Below are positions 13,901 to 27,764 of a stretch of DNA of 64,000 nucleotides, one piece after another. Made by a program: the position numbers and the translations under genes. A model generated the notes under the pieces. It ran no database searches. It saw only the letters and a program-made list of their open reading frames with translations, and was not told the DNA's origin. The stretch is from Tubiluchus corallicola (lineage: Eukaryota > Animalia > Priapulida). Numbering within the stretch: position 1 is the first letter of the stretch; each line of letters starts with the position of its first letter. The DNA lies in contig JAQGDQ010000643.1 in assembly GCA_030141605.1 (NCBI GenBank), forward strand, positions 1 to 64,000. The letters run 5' to 3'.

Positions 13901-16900
13901 ACCCTAACCCTAAACCTAACTGCTGACTCTAATCCTAGCCACTAACCCTAACCCTAATCTTAACTCTAACCACTAACTGTAACCCTAACCACTAACTCTA
14001 ACTCTAACCCTAACCATAACTGCTAACTGTAACCCTAACCACCAACTGTAACTCTAACCACTAACTCTAACCCTGACCATAACCCTAACAATAACTGGTA
14101 ACTGTAACCCTAACCGTCACCTCTAACCCTAACCCTAACTCTAACCACTAACTGTAACCCTAACCATAACCCTAACCTTAACTGCTAACCCTAACTCTAA
14201 CCCTAACCATAACCACTAACTGTAACCCTAACTATAACCCTAACCACTAACTCTAACTCTAACCCTAATCTTTATGCAACCTTAAGATATTCAACAAAAC
14301 GTGATTTTTTCACTTATGGGTAGTCATCATATATAAATTATACATAAGTAGAAGTTATGTACAGCCAGCTAATAACTGATTTGAAATATTATCCGTTTTA
14401 TTACTTTAATTGTTTGTGCTAGTTAAATAAATTCTGACTGACTTGAATATTTTTGTTTGATTACCTGATTGTGTTTCCTAACCAAAATGTGATTTTTTTT
14501 CCAGCCATCATAAATTAACTGTGGCGTTATTCCTGTGACTTTTTTCTTAGCCAAATTGTGACTTTTTTATTGACTGTTATTACCAGTTACCTTTTTCAAC
14601 ACAAAAGCAAGCTGGAATTCGGCATTCAGCAATTGGAGGACCTACTCATTGTCAGTAGTCACCCATTCATTCACTGTTCAGGCTTGGCATTGCTTAACAT
14701 CAGTCGCTGAGCACGTATGGTAACACTATTCATCTCTCTGATTTACTGTTCCAGGGCATCAACTGTTTTGACTTTAGCCAGCAGTTGAAGATCCTTGCAA
14801 CCGGTAGCAACGATCACCTGACTAGACTGTACGTCCCGTATGTTCCGTCCATGCCCGTAGCAATCCTACGCGGCCACAGCTTGCCTGTCATAGGCGCCGT
14901 CATACACGACAAGCGTAAACTGGTCCTGAGTTATTCACAAGATGCGGTGCTCAAAGCTTGGGATATCAACGTAAGTGACCACTGAGCTATTCCTATTACT
15001 GCTTGCCATCCTGCTAAACACAAATGAATAAATTAACATGTTATTGTTGCGTTGACAAAAGGTATAACAGTAGAACACACTTTAAACATTTATTGATATA
15101 GAAATTTCAACAGAAATACAGGTAAAAAGATGTCTGCATATAACATCTTGTAACTGCCAACAAGTAGACCAGAATGTAGCGAAACTAGAGCAACTCATTC
15201 ACTGTTAGGTTTTGCTCATTTTTAGAATAGGTAACAAATAGATAAAAACCATATCTAGTACATCGTTTTAACTTCGTTTTTATTTAAAACGTAAAATACA
15301 AATATGATAAAGCAATGGATTTTGTAAATACAGTAGTCATTACTTGTATTTTAAAAAATTTGTTCACATATGTATTCGACTATCTGTTGATTATTGTTTA
15401 CCGGTCTCGACCAGCTAGCGCCATCTATCCACTAAAAATACAAACTCATACATACACTAATAGCGGTTTTGCAGGTTATTAATCTAATTGCAAATTAAAT
15501 GTAGTTTTTTTTATGATTTTCACTCATTCACAATAACATCTATATATTTGTGTGTACCTAATAGTGTAACAAAGTACAATTTGTTGAATGGTTTTATTAA
15601 GTTTTCAAAAGTATAATAATTTAAAGCGTTAACCACTTATAAAATTCGTGAGGTGACATGCATACCTGCAAAAACAATGATTGACATTTGAACAGAACTG
15701 TCTCGATTTACTTTATTGTGATAACTAATGGTGTATATGATTACACGGTTATTTTTCTTTACCACAGGAACACACTTGTCTACAAAGTGTTAGCCTCAAA
15801 TATCCAGCTATACATCGAGAGCGCGCCACTCGACATGGACCGTTTCCTCTTCTGTGTGTGACCTCTCAGGATTTTGTATTTATTGCCTGCAATGACTACA
15901 TTACTCGGCTACAAATGGGTACCTGAGTTTCGCAAAGTTTGTTATGTTCCACGTTTTGCGAGAAAAAACTATTATGGCAGATAATAGTAGCATTTCTTTT
16001 TGTAACTCATTATCCTGCTGTGATTTAAAAAAAATTGTTATTAATTGTTTAAAGGCCAAATACAGTTTATTTTACGAAGTTTCAGTTTTACACAAAAACA
16101 GAATGAAAAATGCTCTAACTAAGATCTCTTCTCTTACTTGTAACATTTTCTTGGTGGTTTGAAGGTATCATTTCTGAAAAAAGTCTCAAACTTGATTTCG
16201 AGCTTTTTGCTTATTGCTGATGCCGGCAAATTTCAGTCCTTAGTTATGGCAGCATGTCACGTTTCGCACGCTGTAGCGCACGTCTGTGCGGAGGTTATTG
16301 TAGAGTCTAGAGACATAATCTCAAAGTTATTACTGCATTCAATTATTTAGTTAAATAATTTTAAGTTTATTTAAAACAGGGAGTTCAAAAAAGCTTTTTC
16401 CAGTTTTTAAATTGGCTAAAGCAGCATGTGGCCTAAAGCAGGTAAATTGGCTATGCAAAAGAACAGCATATTTTGCTGTGTAGCATTATTTACACATTAA
16501 GCATCATAGAAATGACTCGGTATTCAAGGAAGCCATTGACAACACAGTTTTTTAACCAGCGATTTTCCGTAGTTTCGCAATCAATCAATCAATTTCACTC
16601 CAGCAATACATATACAATACATCAACAACAGTATAGGTAAAAGAAACGTTGATGAAGTCAAATTAACCAAATAAAAGAGTTGCTGTATGACATCTTGAAA
16701 GCTTGGCTTATTAAGGTGGCAGAAATGAGTGAATGAAAGAATGTTTACGGTTAGTAGACATGATGGAATGGAAAAAAATAGTAAGATTAGGGATAGGAAG
16801 AAGGAAAAGAGGAGAAGAAATGACCACAGTGTATGTTTAATTTACATAGAGCTGTATTAAAATAGCATTATAATTGATTGGAGGCCATATATTGCGACTG

Positions 16901-19900
16901 CATGAGACATGGAAGCATTAAAATTGTATTATAAGTGTGAATCAAAAATGGTCCTTTTCAAGTACTTTTTGAAACTATAAGCAAAACCGAACGAACTGTT
17001 TTTGGAAGAAATGCAACTTCGAGGTCCGATTTCATTAGGAAGAACTGAAATTAATAAAATTAGCGTCACATTTTATGTTACGATTAGCTCTTTTAATTAA
17101 ATAAAACTTGTTTGCCGTTTGCTATTTATTTGTTCATCTTCTTACTCGTACTAATTTAGTCATTAACAGTCTTCATATTTACATTATAGCATACCATTGC
17201 GAATGTCCAAGGTCACGTGAAAACGACATATTGGTAAAAAATAATAATGCAGTCATTTGGTAAGCTTTGTCTGAACAAAAGTGCTCAAAGTGCTCTGAAA
17301 TATTTGCAGGCGACAACGAATCAAATTGGAACAGCATTCAAGGAACGACGGAAACGGCGCCGATTATTGCCGTCTGTCACAGTTCTCTTTTCCAGCAGGT
17401 AACGTCATCTTTTAACAGTGAAAGTGATTATCTGCTGCCATGTTACTAGCTGCTCTTTGACTTCATGTGTAGCTGTTTTACTAACTTATTAATGATAACA
17501 ATAATCTTTATTTAAACTAGTCAAACAATTTTACAATTTACAGAAAATAAAGTTTGTGGATGCCAATGTTAAATGAAATGATAAAGTTTAATATAACCCA
17601 CACGTTACTGTAATGAGGCACATGCTTGGTCTAAGAGGTAGTAAGCTGTCTTTAAGTGACTGGTTTACTTGAATTTTGGCCTCTTAGTATAAAACTGGCA
17701 GGTAGTTATTGCGCTAAATTCTGCACCTTTCACACTGCAAGAGATTGTAATACATTGGTGCAGTACAAGATGGTAATTAGCAACTCAAGGGCAGTGCCTA
17801 TTTATTAGGTTGATAAATGTGGCAGGACGGCAACTTTGCGCATCATTAAAAATACTCTCTAAGATGCGAAAAATGAACAGGCAGAGGTGTGTCAGGTACT
17901 TTCGGTTCATAAACATCCACTCTCAACTGCCCAGGACGCTGCATATCCATTTGCTAATCAGGTGCAGCATTGTTTAGCTTTGGGAAATAAGTGCTTCCCT
18001 GTGGCCAGTCATTCTTCTGATTCCAAATTTAAATTATCATTGTTTTTTGATGCAAAGGATAAATTTTTCACCAAGTATGACAGTTTGTTAACATTAGGAA
18101 ATCCTCATTTTTATTCAACTGTATAATTCACATGATAATGCGATCTGGACTCCAGAAGCTGGAGGTTTAAGTCTTTGTGGGTGGATCAATAGAACTCTCG
18201 AGTCTTTTTAATTTACCACTAATCTGTAAATTAATGATTTTTTTATTTTAATGTAGATCGTCATAGCAACAATCGAAGGATCCATAAGTGTCTATAATGT
18301 GGAATCTGGCAAATTAGCACTCGTCATACGTGATGTACACAACGGTAGAGAGGTCACGTGTATCGCGATTAGTGAAAGACGACTCGTTACCGTTGATAGG
18401 AAAGGGTTTGGCAAGGTGTGAACATTTGAGGGTCTCATTCAGTGAAATGTGTGTCATTTTTTGTTTAGCTTTAACCAAACTTAGACGTATTGAAACTTCT
18501 TGTCAGTTTGCGTAAGATATTGTTGTTTATTTATTTCACATCAATACAAATACACAATTAATACATTAAAAGAAACAAAAAGTTATCAATAATTCAATGA
18601 ATAACAAACAGTAAGATACATAATAGGAAGCAAATTTTGGAAAAAATGATTTAAACTGTCTTTGGACGTAGGTCAATCTATGGTAAACAAAGATAGTGAT
18701 ATCACTACTTCCTTTAATACTGATGTCTAAACAACGTTATGTACAGCATCATTACAAATATACTAACTTGACTCTCAAAACACTGTGGGGTTGAAAGATA
18801 AACAAGAGAATTGTCGCTGTTGTATATTGCTTAGTAAATTCGTATACAGTTTACTTTGAGCACATAACTAGTTTAGATATACCATAGTTTAGGTTTGCTA
18901 TATATACAAGTGTAAATGTGTTACGGGCAATCAAAAAGCAGGGCTTGTTAGATTGTCCCACACTGTGAAAGAAAAAAAAGTAATCAAAATTATCTGAAAA
19001 TTTGAAGTGAATCGTATGATAAACAAAACATTAGTGTTACAGAATGGAATGGTGTAATGAATGAAGCTCATATATGAGATGATATAAAAGATAGATAGAT
19101 AGTTAAGATAAAATAATAGACAAAGATAGAGAAAAAGAGAAGAGAAATGAAATAGAAAGGAGTATTTGGCAAGAAAGGCAGAATGGCTTGAGACCCGCAT
19201 CTTTGACGGAACTAAATTTGTACATCTGCATATTGAGTAGCCTCAGCATAGCTAAAAGGGTGGTAATTTATTTGTTGGTTGCTTATCAATCTTGGTGTTC
19301 TAGTAGGATAACAAATTGAGGTGGTATTGCGGGAAAATCTGCTGAAATTGGGAAAATTCAGGAATGATGGGATGGATTGCGAATCTTACAAAAGAAGAGT
19401 GTATCTGCCTCATTTTGTGATCTGTTGGTTGTGCAGTTTTGTTCTTCTATTTTATTGATATACTTAGACAGGCTGGAGACAGACAGACAGACAAACAAGC
19501 AGATGGGCAGAGACACACACACACAGACAGATCCGAGTTGCTTTTGTTATGATAAAACATGTTTTTGTTTCAGGTTTGAAAGAACTCTAGGATTGCAATT
19601 TTATACATATTGAACATGTTTTCAGGTGTGGAACCTTCAAACTGGGCAGCTGTTGCATGAGCTGCCACCTGTGAGCAAAGGTGATGTCATAACGGCTGTC
19701 ACATTCCTACCGGAGAAGGATGCTGTGCTGACTGTTGGTTCCAGCAAATGTATCAGCACATATCACTTACCAACACATGATGACAAAACTGAGAAGGTAC
19801 CACAGTTTTGTTTGCATTTGTGTACCTGTTAAGCTGCATTCAAACCTTAAGACAGTAACTGAGCAAGTAGCTCCCTTGTGGATGTTTCTGATTATGATTT

Positions 19901-22900
19901 GCATTCACCACACAGCAAAGACCTTTCCGAGTTCTGAAATCTGTTTTATTTGATATCGTCCTTGCAGGTCACGAGAATTGTGGGCAGCACCTCGTGGAAA
20001 GGCGGTCGTCTTCACAACTCTCGAATCACCTGCTTGTCTGTCTGTCCGCCCGTTCTTCTGGCGACGGCATCGAGTAGTGGAGAGATAATCGTATGGAGTG
20101 TCGTGTCCGAGCAACCATTCGTCACGCTTGATTGCAACCAGGATGAAATAAACAAAGAAAGTGAAAGCAGGTGTTTGAACCTAAATTTTTGTCTTATAAA
20201 ATTGCTTTCTCAAATGAGTAATACCAATAATTAGAGATACCCTCTATGCTTAGTTTAGAATAAGTGTTTAGGTTCAGTAGCAAACGGTCTCATTTAAACT
20301 AATTGGATTTTGAGACAAATTTCTACAGCGAAATTATTATCCAGCTGTGGTACAATAATTATTTTACCACAAAAATTGATAATTGTGACATTAGTACTAT
20401 TCATTAGTAAAGAGAGAATTAATTACCCTCCAAAACTTTCTATAAAATTTCACTTGTAGTTCAAGCAGTCATTCTGTTTTCATTTGTCCAGTTTCTTTGT
20501 TCTTTGTCTCTTCTGTTTGTGTTCTTTTTGTTTTTCTTTCTTTCTTCTTTTACTTTTATTTTTATTAACTTGTTTTATTAGCATTACAAAAAGTAAATAA
20601 ATACTACTTAAAGTGGTTTTAAGTCAATTTCGTATGCAATACAATGAAATGAAGTTTCCTTCGAACAGATAACATTAATAACATTCAAATAAGATTCAAA
20701 TAGCCTCGCTCAAGAATAACACTAAATCAGAGATTTTCAAAGATATATTATTTAAGATTTGACGTGGTTTGATCTTGGCTACTTCAGAACTGTTTTATAT
20801 ATAGTGCAATAACTTATAATGCAGCTACAATGCATTAATATTCATCGAAACAGGAGTGAAAACCTGCGTTAACTATGATGGTGCAGTGCCTGTGTAGCAT
20901 AACTGTTAATTTTTTTTGACAGGTCGACTATTGATGCTGTAGTAAAGCAAGTGTAAAAGCAGGTGTTAACTATGACGGTGCAGTGCTTGAGTAGCATAAC
21001 TGTTAATTTTTTTGACAGGCCGACTGTTGATGCTGTAGTATTCATTGAAGCAAGAGTAAAAGCAGGTGTTAACTATGACGGTGCAGTGATTGTGTAGCAT
21101 AACTGTTAATTTTGTTGACAGATTGACTGTTGATGCTGTAGTATTCATTAAAGCAAGAGTAAAAGCAGGTGTTAACTATGACGGTGCAGTGCTTGTTTAG
21201 CATAACTGTTAATTTTTCTGACAGGTTGACTGTTGATGCTGTAGTATTCATTGAAGCAAGAGTAAAAGCAGGTGTTAACTATGACGGTGCAGTGCTTGTG
21301 TAGTATAACTGTTAATTTTTCTGACAGGTCGGCTGTTGATGCTGTAGTATTCATTGAAGCAAGAGTAAAAGCAGGTGTTAACTATGACGGTGCAGTGCTT
21401 GTGTCCAGCCAACGAGGACATCTTGCTTTCTGGGCAATCAGTGGTGATTTTCAGCTCCTGGGTACTATAGCTTCCATACTATAAATGTTGGCATTATCTC
21501 TTGCATTTACTTTGGTGTTCTGTAAGTGTGGATTGAGCGCTCATCGACGGGGTGCAGTGTAAACAGTTGCGGCAGGACAGGAACTTAACTCACTAAGTAA
21601 AATAATTTATCAAACTATATCAAAAGTAATAAATAAGATGAAACACTGGGCCAGCACAGGTTTTTATGTCTATGTAGGAACTATATCGCCTCTTTCAACA
21701 AGTAAATACCACGGGTTATATGGCATATATAGGGTCACCCATCCATTTACTGGCAGGCAGTATGTTGCCTAACTTCAGTGCTATGTTCACTGAGTAACCG
21801 CTTTGTAATTCATCTGGCCGTACATTTTACAAATATTTATTGTCCTACACTATTGACCAAAACTAGTTGCTCTTATCAAAGTGATAGCAGTTTGAACAGT
21901 TCTCATACTGGACATGTTCTACATTGTTACTTTAGGATTGCCGTATATTAGGCAGGTATTTGAAGTGTGTCGTTAACCTGTAGTTGATCTGTAGCTTTGC
22001 TAAATATTTGATGAAATTTGCACACACGCATGTGAGAAATATCAGTAATCAGGAGAATAAGACAAATCCATATAAAGCTTTCACTTTCAACTGCATGAAA
22101 GTCAGAAAGGCTGACCGGGCGGGGGTGGGGTGGTCTTTTATACAATATGGCACTGAGTGGCTGAAACCTAATCTAGCTTGTTCTCGATCATGATACTTGA
22201 AGATAAGATCCTGAAGCAGAAGAGTTGTCTTAGCCCTGTTCCATGGGTATGCATTCTTCCCCTACAAGGCAAACTGCAAGATGCAGTACAGCAGATAACA
22301 CTGCACAGAGACGGTCACCCATCCATTTATTGCACAGACTCTGTATTGCTTAACTTTAGTCACTAAATACACACTGTAAATACTCAACTCTTTGCTTGGC
22401 CTAGTTGTTACCCTGTGTTAGTTTAAAGCTTTCTTAAGGTCATTAAAATTTTTAAAACGACATTTGCCATATGTAGGTACATTTCGAGGTACAGAAGAGG
22501 GTGAAGATCACAGCAGCGACCTGATCTGCAGTCTCTCTTGCACACCACATGGTGAACAGTTGCTCACTGGTGACTCAAACGGACGGATATGCATCTGGGA
22601 TATTTCTAAATACTGTATCACGCAACAAGAGGTACAAACGTTAATGACTTTAATGTTAATACTGTACAGTGGTGGCTCATGTATAGATACTGTGGTGTTG
22701 CAGCGCCCCCTGTTTTCACTCGTTATTATCAATAATATTCAATGTAAGTCTATTTTCTTTAGTTCTTTCTTTATACTTGTACGGAACCAGAGTATGTGAG
22801 GATAGTACTGTTTGCTTCACAGTGCAAGCAACATGGTGTTTGGCTGTTGTGCACATGTCTGAAATAACACGCTGATGGTATGCTGCACTGTCTGCTGCTA

Positions 22901-25900
22901 GGTAGAGAAAGTACTGTCGCTAACACAGTTTCATTTGTCACGTGCGTACCGTGTACCGTCATATTCTTGGATTTGATGAAATGTAGACTCAGTGTGTGTG
23001 TGCTTAAATTATAAATAATTTAATCATGGCCGCCTTGCATCCCCAGGAAAAAGTTCAGTGACTGTAAGTGAACATCAATAGCTTCATTTTTCATAAATGT
23101 CTCTTCATGAGAAAGTTGCAGTTAAGAAAAGAGGCCATTCAACACCTGATATTCAAATATCTCATCCAGGAATAAGCAACAACAGAAAGTATATTCGTAG
23201 CTTTAATTCTAAATGGTCCCAACGGAAAAGTTGGCTTTGCAGCTGTGATGTAAAAATGCATTGTTTTGCTTTCCGTGTTTGCTGTTTGGAGGTGACGTGA
23301 CATGGACAAAAAACATTAAAATTAATTACATGTTTGTTTCGTTTTACACAGTATTAAAAATGGCTAAAAATTTTCTGAAGCAGCACCCCCACTAATTTTA
23401 CGCATAAGCCGCCACTGATACTGTATCAGTAATAACTTATTATATAGTTCCTGATTCATCAAAGAATAACCGTGTTTATTAAACCAAATTTCTTTTTCTT
23501 AACAGATTATATGTATAGCAAGATGATACCAACCAACCAACCATCCAACCAACCAACCCACGTACCAACCAACCAGTCAATCAACCAAGCAACCAACTAT
23601 CCAACCGAACAATCAACCCACCCACCTACCAACCAACCAATCAATCAACCGAGCAACCAACCAACCCTCCTACCAACCAACCCACTTACCAACCAACCAA
23701 CCACCATCCAACCAACCAACCAATCAATCAACCGAGCAACCAACCAACCATCAAACCAACCAACCCTCTTACCAACCAACCCACCTACCAACCAACTAAC
23801 CAATCAACCACCATCCAACTAACCAACGAACCAACCAATCAATCAACCGAGCAACCAACCAACCAATCAATCAACCGAGCAACCAACCAATCAGTAAACC
23901 AACCATTCAATCTTTTGACCTATCTACCAACCAGGCAACAACAACCAACCAACCAAGTAATCAACCTAGCAGCTCAGCAGACACCTAACCAGTAAACTAA
24001 TACAACAACCAACCTGCCTACCAATGTTATTCACCAGCTAACATAATAAACATCCAGCCAATCAGCCAAGAACCGACCCGATCAACTAGTTAACCAGTTT
24101 CTTTTAATGAATATTGTACTATTGAAAAATATCAACACCTAGACAGAGGAAACATCAGCTAACTTAGTGGCTTCTTGGTTGGGACATTCAAGTCCAGTTG
24201 TCAGTATTATTGGGATGCTGATGGAGCAGGGATTGTTCTATGTGACCGGTTGTTCATTTGATATGACCACCAAGCTGTGGAATAACTCAGGCGGGCTTAT
24301 CGGCGTGTTTGGTCAGGTAAACTTTATCATTGTTTGGCATGATAATGTGGGGGTGAATACCCGAGTGGTCGCGTGTGCTTTGCGACTAAAATTAAGGTAT
24401 GTGGTGGCTGGTCAAAGAATGGCTGAATGATTGCTTGCTCTGGGTGGTTTCTGGTTATTTAACTCGTTTGTGTACACATCCGAACTGATCTGATAAGGCT
24501 CTGCTGATTCATTGTGTCATCTTAGAGGCATAAGCTAGATAAATCAGATTCGTCAGATGTTCCAATCTCAATACAAACGTCTATTGTTGCTTTTAAATGC
24601 CAGATTCTGACTTGCAGTCTGCCGAATTGTTTTGCCGGTACAATAATTTTCTCATTGAGGATGCTTTTAGCGGCAATGATGATTTCCAGCTCCTTGCTTT
24701 GCTTAACTACAAATGGCTCCTGTTAATGTTATTACTAATTTTTCTTACCGCTTAAGGCAAGCATTAAAATAGGAGTCTACTGTGTGCTTACATTTGCTGG
24801 CATACTGTGATACAGGGTTTCTCATTAAACCACATATAATTCATTGCCAACCAAAATTATCTAACACATTAATATACTGGACTGCTGTCCACTTTTAACG
24901 GAGGCAGGACGGATGGCACCGCGGCCCACACCATGCGGCATGTCTCAATTAAGTCGCTCAATGCCTTAACCAAAACAGAACCCGAATAATAGAGTCGAAA
25001 TGACAATTTATTACTAAATATTACACCCTCAATAAGGAAACAAACAGCTTACCTAGAAGAACAGAGTTTGTGGCAAAGCCTGTGAAATGTGAACAGAGCT
25101 GCAATGAAAGACACGACCACTGACCAGGGTCTACAGCAGACCTTCCCTTTTTATAAGCTCGGGTGTGCACGTGACTAGTGGCTTTTACTAACACAAGGTC
25201 AGAATACGAGTCTGTGCTAGATAAAGCCACGTTCACATGCACACCTGAGAAGTCTACTGTATTCCCCTGCCAGTATTAAACCTCATCTCATCACAGCCCT
25301 GCAGTACAATACATTAATTACAATAGTATATGGCATTTTGTAATGATAATTTTAAGTGTGTACATATGTAGCAAAAGTAATATAATAAAAACGTGCTGTC
25401 ATTTTGTTTTAAGGCTCTTTTAACCCAGGTTAAACTATTTTTAACATTAATTCTACCTTTTGTGATTATAATTCTCAATTCATGTACACATATTATTAGC
25501 AAACTAGTGTGGCAAAAGTAAAAAACAGAAATATGTTGTCAATGTACTCTTGTCCTCAGTTAAACCATCGGTCACTTTGGTCACTTGACAGGGCAGTTGG
25601 AACATGCATTCTCGAGACATTGTAAGAAAGTTAAATGTGCAGAACATTGCTTACTCAAAGTTGCAAGCATCGCAGCTGAGACATCAGAAACTGACCAACA
25701 AGCTGGACGACACGGCCGAGGTGGAAGAAGACGAAGATTGGGAACAACTTCTTGATAATCCGGAGTTTGATTTTACGGCAAAGGTGCGGCCATGTTTGAT
25801 TTTAGAGCACGCAATGATCTGATATTTTGATTTTTAATAATAAATGCATTAATTTAGTTGGTATGAAATTACTCAATTCAGTTTGAGTTATATTAATATC

Positions 25901-26844
25901 TACATACACAGTAGATAATGTGGGTAGTTGATTTTTCGTTTTCTTCAGGCTGCTTTTAATTACATCAGAAGGCAAGGAGAATAGTCAAGTAGTTATGGTG
26001 TGTGCTTAAAAACCAAAGTTAAGTAATACTGAAGCTTGTCAGTTGATGAATAGCTGACCAACTGATTAGTGGATTCAGTACTTTTTCTGAAAATTTCTAT
26101 TTGTCATCCTGAGTTTAGTTATTTCTCCTGCTGACAGAGGATGTATTTGCATCCAGATGTGGCAAAGGCACCCTTCTTGGTTCAGTGTCTCATTTTAGAT
26201 GATTCGCTGTGATAAAAAGCGATTTGGTAACCTATGCTGCATCAAATAACCGTCATTTTGTGTTTCTTGCACCAACTGTGTGAATTTCTTTTATTCCTTG
26301 TCTTTAGGTGGACATTGGTATAGCAGCAGAAAACTTGTTATCTGCAAGGTCACAAGCTTGGTATGCAAGAAGAAAATACGCTGAAAAAATTGACAAGGAA
26401 TGTATGTTTAAAACTAACATGCAGTGCGCGCCTTACCGAGCCTTGCAACTTCAGGTGTGTAATGTTTTAATGTTCTCTGCTCGAACAGAATCAATTGCAA
26501 ATTAAATTTACGCAAAAAAACTAAAATGAATTGAATTTTTGTCATCTTGTTTGCTGCTACACAATAACAATAAGATTTTTTGGTTTTTGTCTCAGGAACT
26601 GGCACCTATAATTATGCCAAGTGACCTTCCCGGTATGGTACGTGATAGACAAAGAAAGGAAGAAGCCATAGCGAATGAACTGACGACTGTCCAGCAAACT
26701 GTAGCACTTCCAGAAACTGGAAAACCATCTCCTGGTACACCGGAAACTATCGTAAACAACGCGATGATGGCCATCCAAAAAGCTCCAACTCGACCATTGG
26801 CTAAAAGGTCTTTTCTCAGAGTCCCGCAAACTAATCTACGGTAG
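7904..26844 (+). CDS. EF-hand plus WD40-repeat protein (WDY / EFCAB8 / WDR49-like family), 19 exons, ~1049 aa
   Basis: Phase-consistent GT-AG exons: 7904-8016, 8512-8716, 8990-9130, 10001-10063, 11075-11279, 12930-13114, 13283-13480, 14755-14970, 15768-15918, 17310-17398, 18257-18415, 19626-19796, 19968-20170, 21328-21461, 22477-22631, 24143-24316, 25592-25783, 26308-26454, 26596-26844 (3150 nt). EF-hand FRKMDTDGSDVVTWQEFSTYLL; WD repeats such as LRGHSLPV...LKAWD and LLTGDSNGRICIWD. The exact orthologue is not determined. Confidence 0.88.
8015..8137 (+). repeat. 41-bp tandem repeat x3 starting at the exon-1 donor of the WD40 gene
   Basis: gc|gtaagtaacaattgttcattaatt...cgcagagtgat at 8015, 8056 and 8097. 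Confidence 0.9.
9158..9518. mobile_element. MITE, possibly PIF/Harbinger-type
   Basis: Imperfect TIRs cggcgcgtcagactaacga / ttgctagtctgaacgcattg, with TAA on both sides; GC-richer than the flanks. Confidence 0.55.
10086..10480. mobile_element. Probable MITE remnant rich in TTCGAA/GAATTC motifs
   Basis: Subterminal ttcgaattcgattc clusters at both ends; flanked by the direct repeat actaatta (10078 and 10481). Confidence 0.4.
11434..12016. mobile_element. hAT-type MITE, family A copy 1
   Basis: TIR c(a/t)gtggtggctc...gaatcgccactg; 8-bp TSD cctagtac on both sides; internal homology to the copies at 22667 and 27257. Confidence 0.88.
13785..14592. mobile_element. Inverted-repeat element with an internal degenerate (TAACCC)n tract (13855-14270)
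   Basis: Left end has aaagtcacagg-type motifs and right end has their reverse complement cctgtgacttt; the middle is a telomere-like CCCTAA array. Confidence 0.6.
20830..21403 (+). repeat. ~103-bp tandem repeat of the intron13/exon14 junction of the WD40 gene
   Basis: Acceptor ...tgacag| at 20922, 21018, 21121, 21224 and 21327, each followed by the first ~76 nt of exon 14. Confidence 0.93.
22667..23417. mobile_element. hAT-type MITE, family A copy 2
   Basis: TIR cagtggtggctc / aagccgccactg; perfect TSD atactgta (22659-22666 and 23418-23425). Confidence 0.9.
23528..24095. repeat. Degenerate (AACC)n/(AATC)n microsatellite
   Basis: Directly visible; it produces the spurious PTNQ-rich ORF. Confidence 0.93.
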
Positions 26845-27256
26845 AGCTGATGGTAGTGACATCTATATGCTGCTGACTCACTGGTTTACGTAACAAATAG
26901 TCGTGTGTATTTCGAGAAACTGACACCGTTGGTGATCATCACTCACAGTTTAGAAATGTGAACCCGTGAGCAGAAAGCGTAAGCTTCTCTTAAGCTACAT
27001 GTTTCAAATCATTTCATCGAATATCAAAAAGCGAGTTTATTAAAGATCAGGTTGACATAATTCGAAGCTGTAAACGTGTAGCAAGTATTATGATAATCAT
27101 TACGAAAAACAAAACATAGATGATGTTTTGAAAATCATTTTTAAACATTTAGGTTTTCCCGACGACTCGGTGAGAAAGTGATTCAAGCAATTGTTTATTT
27201 TGCAAACGATAATAAATGTAGTTTTGTTTTTGGCCAGACAAAAGCAGAATCATGCG

Positions 27257-27764
27257 CAGTGGCGGCTCTTGTATAGGCACTGTGGAACTGCAGCACACCC
27301 TATTTTTACTTGATAGTACCGATAATATTCAATATAATGAGTCGTTTTTCTTGTTACAATTCTTTCATTATACTCGTACAGAACAGGAGCATGTGACGGA
27401 ACTGTGAACTTCACAGGTCCAGTACTGTGCACTCACAACTCCAGCAACGTGGTGTTACGGCTGTCGTGCGCATGCACACTAGGTAGAGAGAGCACTGTCA
27501 CTCACACAGTGTGTGTTGTTAGTTGGCAACGGAAAAGTTGGCTTTGCAGCTGTGAAGTAAAAGATGGATGATTTATAGATGTATATTTAAAGATACATAT
27601 TTAAAGATGTATAAATATTCGTATGCTTGTTTACTTCAAATTACATTTACAAATTACAACATTAAAATTACATGCGTTTTGTTTCATTTTACACAGTATT
27701 AAAACAATGGTTAAAAAGTCTCTGAATCAGCGCCCCCAGTAATTTTAGGTTTGAGCCGCCATTA
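27257..27764. mobile_element. hAT-type MITE, family A copy 3
   Basis: TIR cagtggcggctc / gagccgccatta; degenerate TSD atcatgcg / atcgtgtg. Confidence 0.82.

Noticed and set aside
20966-21354. Three similar 60-aa minus-strand ORFs as a small peptide family
   Set aside because: Antisense translations of the 103-bp splice-junction repeat.
23472-23822. PTNQ-rich ORF
   Set aside because: Translation of an (AACC)n microsatellite.
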